Program-made: the position numbers and the translations under genes
Part shown: one piece after another, positions 58,283-64,000 of the stretch
How positions within the stretch are numbered: the stretch's first letter is position 1
Layout: the number at the start of each line of letters is the position of its first letter
The notes under the pieces: model-generated
Seen by the model: only the letters and a program-made list of their open reading frames with translations
Databases searched by the model: none
Told to the model about the DNA's origin: nothing
NCBI GenBank assembly: GCA_958436045.1
Contig: CAUBIP010000002.1
Span: 1,087-65,086 of the forward strand
Length of the DNA: 64,000 bases
Source of the DNA: an uncultured Oscillospiraceae bacterium
GTDB taxonomy: Bacteria; Bacillota; Clostridia; Oscillospirales; Oscillospiraceae
Direction of reading: 5' to 3'

Positions 58283-60097
58283 GTGAACCACTTGACAGAT
58301 CGCGCAAAAATCAGAAATTTTTCGATCATTGCCCATATTGATCACGGCAAATCCACCCTGGCGGACCGCCTGCTGGAGGAGTGCAATACCATCGACAAGC
58401 GGGAAATGGAGGACCAGATCCTGGACTCCATGGACCTGGAGCGGGAGCGCGGCATCACGATCAAAGCCCGCGCCGTCCGCCTGCAGTACCAGGCCGACGA
58501 CGGCGAGACCTATATCCTGAACCTGATCGACACGCCGGGCCACGTGGACTTCAACTACGAGGTCTCCCGGAGCCTGACAGCCTGCGAGGGCGCGGTCCTT
58601 GTCGTGGACGCCTCCCAGGGCGTCGAGGCCCAGACGCTGGCCAACACGTATCTGGCCATCGACAACGACCTGGAGGTCCTGCCGGTCATCAACAAGATTG
58701 ACCTGCCCGCTGCCCGGCCCCAGGAGGTCAAGCAGGAGGTAGAGGATATCATCGGCATCCCCGCCATGGACGCGCCGGAAATCTCCGCCAAAAATGGGAT
58801 CAATATTCACGCTGTGCTGGAAATGATCGTGCACGGCGTCCCCGCCCCCCAGGGCGACCCGGCTGCGCCGCTGCAGGCGCTGATCTTTGACAGCCAGTAC
58901 GACTCCTACCGGGGCGTCGTCGTCTATCTGCGCGTCATGAACGGTACGATGCGGCCGGGCATGGAGGTTCGGATGATGGGCACCGGCGCAGTCTATAAGA
59001 TCGTCGAGGTCGGCTATCTCAGCCCCCGGGGCATGATCGCCGCGCCGGAGCTGGGTGCCGGTGAGGTCGGCTATCTGACGGCCTCCATCAAGACGATCTC
59101 CGACACCCGGGTCGGCGATACCGTCACGGGCCTGGAAAACCCGGCGGCCGAAGCGCTGCCCGGCTATAAAACCGTCCAGCCCATGGTCTTCTCCGGCGTC
59201 TACCCCGCCGACGGCTCCAAATACGACGACCTGCGGGATGCGCTGGAAAAGCTGAAGCTGAACGACGCCTCCATGAGCTATGAGCAGGAAAATTCCATTG
59301 CCCTGGGCTTTGGCTTCCGCTGCGGCTTTTTGGGGCTGCTCCATATGGAGATCATCATGGAGCGCCTGGAGCGGGAGTTTAACCTCGACCTGATCACGAC
59401 AGCGCCGAACGTCGTCTACCGCGTAACGAAGACCGACGGCACAACCGTCGAGGTCTACACGCCGCTGAACTACCCCGATCCGGCGGAGATCCAAGAGGCG
59501 CAGGAGCCGTTTGTCAAGGCCAGCATCATCACACCGCCGGAGTACGTCGGCAATATCATGGAGCTGTGCCAGCAGCGCCGGGGTGAGTACCAGGATATGA
59601 CCTATCTCGACCAGAGCCGCGTTGAGCTGCACTATCTCATGCCCCTCAACGAGATCATCTACGATTTCTTCGACTCCCTCAAATCCCGCACCCGGGGCTA
59701 CGGCTCTCTGGACTATGAGCTCTACGGCTACCGGACCAGCAAGCTGGTCAAGCTGGATATTCTGCTCAACGGCGATGTTATCGACGCGCTGTCCTTCATC
59801 CTCTTTGCCGACAGTGCCTACGCCCGTGCCCGGAAGATCTGCGAAAAGCTGAAGGAGAACATCCCCCGCCAGATGTTTGAGATTCCGGTGCAGGCCGCCG
59901 TGGGCGGCAAGATCATCGCCCGAGAGACCATCAAAGCCCTCCGCAAGGACGTCCTGGCCAAGTGCTACGGTGGTGACGTTACCCGGAAGAAGAAGCTGCT
60001 GGAAAAGCAGAAGGAGGGCAAAAAACGGATGCGCAGCTTTGGCACCGTCTCCGTCCCCAGCGAGGCCTTTATGGCCGTGCTGAAAATGGACGACTAA
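58283..60097 (+). CDS. lepA: Translation elongation factor 4 (LepA)
   Basis: [36 protein letters not shown]. The start is GTG at 58283 or TTG at 58292. Confidence 0.95.
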   Translation: MNHLTDRAKIRNFSIIAHIDHGKSTLADRLLEECNTIDKREMEDQILDSMDLERERGITIKARAVRLQYQADDGETYILNLIDTPGHVDFNYEVSRSLTACEGAVLVVDASQGVEAQTLANTYLAIDNDLEVLPVINKIDLPAARPQEVKQEVEDIIGIPAMDAPEISAKNGINIHAVLEMIVHGVPAPQGDPAAPLQALIFDSQYDSYRGVVVYLRVMNGTMRPGMEVRMMGTGAVYKIVEVGYLSPRGMIAAPELGAGEVGYLTASIKTISDTRVGDTVTGLENPAAEALPGYKTVQPMVFSGVYPADGSKYDDLRDALEKLKLNDASMSYEQENSIALGFGFRCGFLGLLHMEIIMERLEREFNLDLITTAPNVVYRVTKTDGTTVEVYTPLNYPDPAEIQEAQEPFVKASIITPPEYVGNIMELCQQRRGEYQDMTYLDQSRVELHYLMPLNEIIYDFFDSLKSRTRGYGSLDYELYGYRTSKLVKLDILLNGDVIDALSFILFADSAYARARKICEKLKENIPRQMFEIPVQAAVGGKIIARETIKALRKDVLAKCYGGDVTRKKKLLEKQKEGKKRMRSFGTVSVPSEAFMAVLKMDD

Positions 60098-60129
60098 GCC
60101 CGCACCCATCGCGAAAGGAAGAACAACGC

Positions 60130-61341
60130 ATGGCCTTTAACTTTAAAATGCCATATGAAAAAAAAGTCCTGCCCCAGCGGGAATTGGGCATTTATATTCA
60201 CATTCCCTTCTGCCGCAGCAAATGCCAGTACTGCGACTTCTACTCCCTGGGCGGCAGCCGGGAAAAGGCCGTGACAGACCGGTATCTGCAGGCGCTGACG
60301 AGCCATTTCAAAGAGACGGGCGCTAGGGCCACCGGGTACGTTGTCGATACCGTCTATTTTGGCGGCGGCACCCCCAGCTTTTTCGGCGCGGCGGGATTGA
60401 TCCGCATTTTCAACGAGCTCCAGCGGCGCTTTGAGATTTCGCCGGACGCGGAGGTCACCTTCGAAGCCAATCCCGACAGCGTCTCCCCCGCGCTGCTGCA
60501 GGCGCTGCACAACGAGGGTTTTAACCGCATAAGCCTGGGCGTCCAGAACGATGAGGACGATGTCCTCAAAAAGCTGGGCCGCCCGCATACCTACGCCCAG
60601 GCCATCCACGCTGTGGAGCAGGCCCGGGCCGCGGGGTTTGAAAATCTCTCCATCGACCTGATGTACGGCCTGCCCAACCAGACGCTGCCCCAGTGGCAGC
60701 AGACACTCTGCCATGTGATGGACCTGGAGCCGGACCATGTCTCCTGCTACGGCCTGAAGGTCGAGCCGGGCACGCCCCTCTGGGAGTATAAGGACTGCGT
60801 CAATATCCCCGACGGAGACACTCAGGCGGATATGTACCTCTACACCTGTGACAAGCTGGATGAGCTGGGGTTCCACCAGTATGAGATCTCCAACTTTTCC
60901 CGCCTTGGCTTCGCCTCCCGGCACAATCTGAAATATTGGACCGGCGGAGAATACCTGGGCTTCGGCCCCTCAGCTGCCTCGGATTTCGCCGGCAAGCGCT
61001 TTACCATTGCCCGGGATCTTACCGCCTACTGTGACGGCATTCTGACCGGCGGCGCAATCCTGAGTGAATGCGAGGAGATCCCCAGCCGTGAGCGGGCCGG
61101 GGAGTACCTGATGCTGCGTCTGCGGACGGTACAGGGCATTGATTCAGAAGAATATGTCCGCAGCTTCTTGCTGCCGTTCCGCCCGCTGGACCAGATCCTG
61201 CAAAAATGCAAGGAAATGGGCCTTGCCAAGCAGGAGGACACCCGTTGGCACCTGACCCCCAAGGGCATGCTCGTCTCCAACAGCATTCTGACTGAGCTGC
61301 TGCTGGCCCAGGAGCACTCCACGCCGCTGGCACGGCGGTAA
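60130..61341 (+). CDS. hemW: Radical SAM heme chaperone HemW (HemN-like)
   Basis: IYIHIPFCRSKCQYCDF (CxxxCxxC), YFGGGTPS. Conserved lepA-hemW synteny. Confidence 0.85.
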   Translation: MAFNFKMPYEKKVLPQRELGIYIHIPFCRSKCQYCDFYSLGGSREKAVTDRYLQALTSHFKETGARATGYVVDTVYFGGGTPSFFGAAGLIRIFNELQRRFEISPDAEVTFEANPDSVSPALLQALHNEGFNRISLGVQNDEDDVLKKLGRPHTYAQAIHAVEQARAAGFENLSIDLMYGLPNQTLPQWQQTLCHVMDLEPDHVSCYGLKVEPGTPLWEYKDCVNIPDGDTQADMYLYTCDKLDELGFHQYEISNFSRLGFASRHNLKYWTGGEYLGFGPSAASDFAGKRFTIARDLTAYCDGILTGGAILSECEEIPSRERAGEYLMLRLRTVQGIDSEEYVRSFLLPFRPLDQILQKCKEMGLAKQEDTRWHLTPKGMLVSNSILTELLLAQEHSTPLARR

Positions 61342-61358
61342 AACAACAAAAAAATAGA

Positions 61359-61396
61359 CGGCCATACCGGTACTCCGCCCGGTATGGCCGCTTTTA
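61359..61396 (+). terminator. Intrinsic terminator after hemW
   Basis: CGGCCATACCGG...CCGGTATGGCCG followed by CTTTTAT. Confidence 0.7.
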
Positions 61397-61411
61397 TAGA
61401 TTATACAGACG

Positions 61412-61447
61412 AAAAGGCATGGCCGTTTTGGAACGGCTATGCCTTTT
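61412..61447 (-). terminator. Intrinsic terminator after the GltD-like gene
   Basis: Minus strand AAGGCATAGCCGTT-ccaa-AACGGCCATGCCTT followed by TTCGTC. Confidence 0.65.
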
Positions 61448-61475
61448 ACGATTCATTTTTCGGGGTTTTGATCGC

Positions 61476-63512
61476 TTAATCGAGGATCTTCAGCGCGCCG
61501 GTGGGGCAGTTCTCTGCGCACTTGCGGCAGGACGCACAGATCTTGATCGTCTCTTCGCCCTGGAATTCCGGCTTGATGACCGTATTAAAGCCACGCCCCA
61601 CCAGGCCCAGCAGGCCCTTGCCGACGATCTCATCGCAGATCCGGACGCACTGGTTGCACAGGATGCACTTGCCCTGGTTGCGCTCGATGATCGCCAGGCG
61701 CTGCTCGGTATAGGCAGGGTGATTCTTGCCCATGAGCCGCTGCGGGTCGATGGGGGATCGGTTAGCAAACTTGATCAGGCGGCATTCGCCGTAATCAAAG
61801 CAGCCACACTCCAGGCAGCGCTTTGCCTCCGCCCGGGCTGCATCCTCAGCAAAGCCCAGGTTGATCTCCTTGAAGTCATGCTTCCGCTCCTCGGCGGGGC
61901 GGACCGGCATCTGGATTCGTGCAATCTTCTCCCGGTCAGCAAAGTCCTTCTCGCTGACCTGGCGCTCCGAGACATACGGCTTGCGATAGCCGACGAGGTT
62001 CCCATTCAAATAGGAGTCGACCACTTCGGCGCAGCGGTCACCTTCGCCGATGGCGGCAATGGCGATGGACGCACCCTTGTTCGTCGCATCGCCGATGCCG
62101 AACACGCCCTCGACACTGGTACGGTAGGTCGCTTCGTCGGCGGCGATGATGCCGCGGCTGTTGCACTCCAGGGCCTCGAAGCCCACAGGATTGACCTTCT
62201 GGCCGATGGCGGCGATGACGCTGTCCACATCCAGGATCTCAAATTTGCCTTCTACCGGCACCGGTGCACGGCGACCGGAGGCATCCGGCTCGCCCAGCTC
62301 CATGACCTGGAGCTTGACGGCCTTGACCTTGCCATTCTCACCGAGAATCTCAGCGGGGTTCGTCAGGAATTTGAAGGTGACACCCTCTTCCCGGGCCTCT
62401 TCGATCTCGATGGCTTCCGCCGGCATTTCCGCTTCCGTCCGCCGGTAGATGACATAGACCTTCTCCGCGCCCAGGCGCACTGCTGTCCGGCAGGCGTCCA
62501 TGGCCGTGTTGCCGCCGCCGACAATGGCGACCCGCTTGCCGATCTTCGGCGCCTGGCCCATGGCAACGCCCCGCAGGAAGTCGATACCGCCCAGCACGCC
62601 CTCCAGCTCTTCGCCGGGGCAGCGCACACCGGTGCTCTTCCACGCGCCAATGGCGACGATGGTCGCATCGTATTGCTCGCGGAAATCGTCAAAGGAAATG
62701 TCCTTGCCAATGCGGACATTGTTCTGCAGCTTGACGCCGACCGCGGCGATCTCCTCAATCTCTTCGTCTACGATCGCCTTCGGCAGCCGGTATTCCGGAA
62801 TGCCATAGCGCAGCATACCGCCCATCTTGGGCATGGCGTCCACAACCGTCACGTCGTGGCCCTTGCAGGCCAGGTAATAAGCCGCTGCCAGGCCACCGGG
62901 ACCGCCGCCGATGACGCCAACTTTTTTGCCCGTGGCCGGTTTGACCTCCGGCTGATAGCCGCCAGCCGCGCGGACGCGGTCCGCTGCAAAATATTTCAGA
63001 TACGCGATGGAGATCGGCTGCTCGACATACTTTCTGCGGCAAGCCGTCTCACACGGATGGGGACAAACCCGTCCGATGGAGGAGGGCATGGGGATCTTCT
63101 CCTTGATGATCCGCACCGCCTCCCGGTCATTGCCTAGGGCGATCTGCTTGACATAGGCCTGACATTCCGTCCCGGCAGGGCAGTTGAGCATACACGGGCC
63201 CTTACAGTCGCCCACATGGTCGCTCATCAGCAGCTCCATGGTGATCTTCCGCGACTGCGCCGCCCGAGGCGAATCGGTCATGATGACCTGGCCGTCCTTA
63301 GGGATCGTGGAACAGGCACGCAGCAGCTTCGGGCAGCCCTCCGCCTCGACGACGCACAGACCGCAGCCGGCGTAATGCTTCAGCTGACCGTTTTCACACA
63401 GGTTGGGGATCTCGATCCCGTTCTGCGCGGCGATCTGCAGGATCGTCTGCCCGGCAGTCCCGGTGCATTCTTTGCCATTGATGATGATTTTGATTTCAGC
63501 CATGATACGCAC
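61476..63512 (-). CDS. GltD/NfnB-like FAD- and NAD(P)-dependent oxidoreductase with N-terminal 2Fe-2S and C-terminal Fe-S cluster domains
   Basis: IIINGKECTG...CGLCVV (2Fe-2S), KKVGVIGGGPGGLAAA and KRVAIVGGGNTAMD dinucleotide folds, C-terminal CILCNQCVRIC and CRKCAENCP. Confidence 0.8.
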   Translation of the reverse strand: MRIMAEIKIIINGKECTGTAGQTILQIAAQNGIEIPNLCENGQLKHYAGCGLCVVEAEGCPKLLRACSTIPKDGQVIMTDSPRAAQSRKITMELLMSDHVGDCKGPCMLNCPAGTECQAYVKQIALGNDREAVRIIKEKIPMPSSIGRVCPHPCETACRRKYVEQPISIAYLKYFAADRVRAAGGYQPEVKPATGKKVGVIGGGPGGLAAAYYLACKGHDVTVVDAMPKMGGMLRYGIPEYRLPKAIVDEEIEEIAAVGVKLQNNVRIGKDISFDDFREQYDATIVAIGAWKSTGVRCPGEELEGVLGGIDFLRGVAMGQAPKIGKRVAIVGGGNTAMDACRTAVRLGAEKVYVIYRRTEAEMPAEAIEIEEAREEGVTFKFLTNPAEILGENGKVKAVKLQVMELGEPDASGRRAPVPVEGKFEILDVDSVIAAIGQKVNPVGFEALECNSRGIIAADEATYRTSVEGVFGIGDATNKGASIAIAAIGEGDRCAEVVDSYLNGNLVGYRKPYVSERQVSEKDFADREKIARIQMPVRPAEERKHDFKEINLGFAEDAARAEAKRCLECGCFDYGECRLIKFANRSPIDPQRLMGKNHPAYTEQRLAIIERNQGKCILCNQCVRICDEIVGKGLLGLVGRGFNTVIKPEFQGEETIKICASCRKCAENCPTGALKILD

Positions 63513-63518
63513 CTCCCA

Positions 63519-64000
63519 TTAGTCCACAGACACTGCGCCGAAGCGGCAGAGCGTGATGCACTGGCCACACTTGATGCAAGCATTCTGGTCGATCGCATGG
63601 GGCTTCTTCGGCTCGCCATGGATCGCCTGCACCGGGCACTTCCGGGCGCACAGGGTGCAGCCCTTGCACTTGTCTGGGTCGATCCGGTAGGAGAGCAGGC
63701 TGGTGCACTCCTGGGCGGGACACTTCTTATTGCGGATATGGGCCTCGTACTCGTCGCGGAAATAGCGGATCGTTGTCAAAACGGGGTTCGGGGCCGTCTG
63801 ACCCAGCCCGCACAGTGCGCCATCCTTGACACCCTTGCAGAGCTCTTCCAGCAGCTCCACATCGCCCTCTTTGCCCTCGCCCTGGCAGATGCGGTCGAGG
63901 ATCTCCAAAATACGCGTCGTGCCGATGCGGCAAGGCGTACATTTCCCGCAGGACTCCTTGGCCGTAAAGCTCAGGAAGAACCGGGCCATATTGACCATAC
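63519..64000 (-). CDS. NuoF/HydB-like NADH-binding flavoprotein subunit, C-terminal part (N-terminus beyond window end)
   Basis: SCGKCTPCRIGT, LCGLGQTAPNPV, then two ferredoxin-type clusters CKGCTLCARKCP / CIKCGQCITLC. The frame stays open to the window edge. Confidence 0.8.
   Translation of the reverse strand, partial: MVNMARFFLSFTAKESCGKCTPCRIGTTRILEILDRICQGEGKEGDVELLEELCKGVKDGALCGLGQTAPNPVLTTIRYFRDEYEAHIRNKKCPAQECTSLLSYRIDPDKCKGCTLCARKCPVQAIHGEPKKPHAIDQNACIKCGQCITLCRFGAVSVD

Noticed and set aside
58217-60109. 630-aa minus-strand ORF. Also the ORFs at 60094-60924, 44112-45566, 29685-30785, 21105-21950, 33684-34451, 34593-35510 and 35512-36297.
   Set aside because: All are antisense to genes with unambiguous family signatures (lepA, hemW, the adenylation enzyme, yidC, purA, the ABC exporters, uvrB). 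They encode repetitive G/A/R/D/L-rich sequences.
61419-63137. 572-aa plus-strand ORF.
   Set aside because: It is exactly antisense to the GltD-like oxidoreductase gene, has no recognisable motifs, and has shadow-ORF composition.

Overview
High-GC (>60% by eye) Firmicutes/Clostridia-type chromosomal segment. The taxonomic call rests on SLH-anchored wall proteins, NrdR, Jag/KhpB, YmdB, YhaO/YhaN, an L-box, and the DapH/DapL acetyl branch of lysine synthesis. The window is densely coding. I support about 56 protein genes, one tRNA-Arg(ACG), one lysine riboswitch, and several sigma-A-type promoters and intrinsic terminators. I saw no rRNA, CRISPR array, transposase, integrase or phage structural genes. 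Most long ORFs antisense to real genes are Arg/Pro/Gly-rich artefacts of the GC content. Recognisable housekeeping blocks are trmO-galE, purA-purB, larE-larB-larC, rpmH-rnpA-yidD-yidC-jag, two ABC exporters, uvrB, ymdB-yhaO-yhaN, greA, uvrA-radC, dapB-dapA (L-box controlled), dapL/dapH, a purine-deaminase pair, lepA-hemW, and a NuoF-like/GltD-like redox module. The best candidate for an undescribed system is the minus-strand operon at 1-6895. It encodes a 1564-aa fusion of HD, HEAT-like repeat, NadD-like nucleotidyltransferase and PRTase-like modules, translationally coupled to an LDH-family dehydrogenase homolog and a tandem flavodoxin-fold protein. Other notable items: a PyrF-like protein whose catalytic DxKxxD motif reads DANYSS, coupled to a histidine-phosphatase/GNAT fusion; a TrpD-like protein with substituted PRPP motifs; a split LarC whose C-terminal half is encoded upstream of its N-terminal half; an AT-rich XRE/SLOG islet; a perfect 23-bp inverted repeat over two divergent promoters; and a ~400-nt non-coding minus-strand unit ending in a strong terminator. 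All family calls come from motif recognition by eye and need HMM or structure confirmation.
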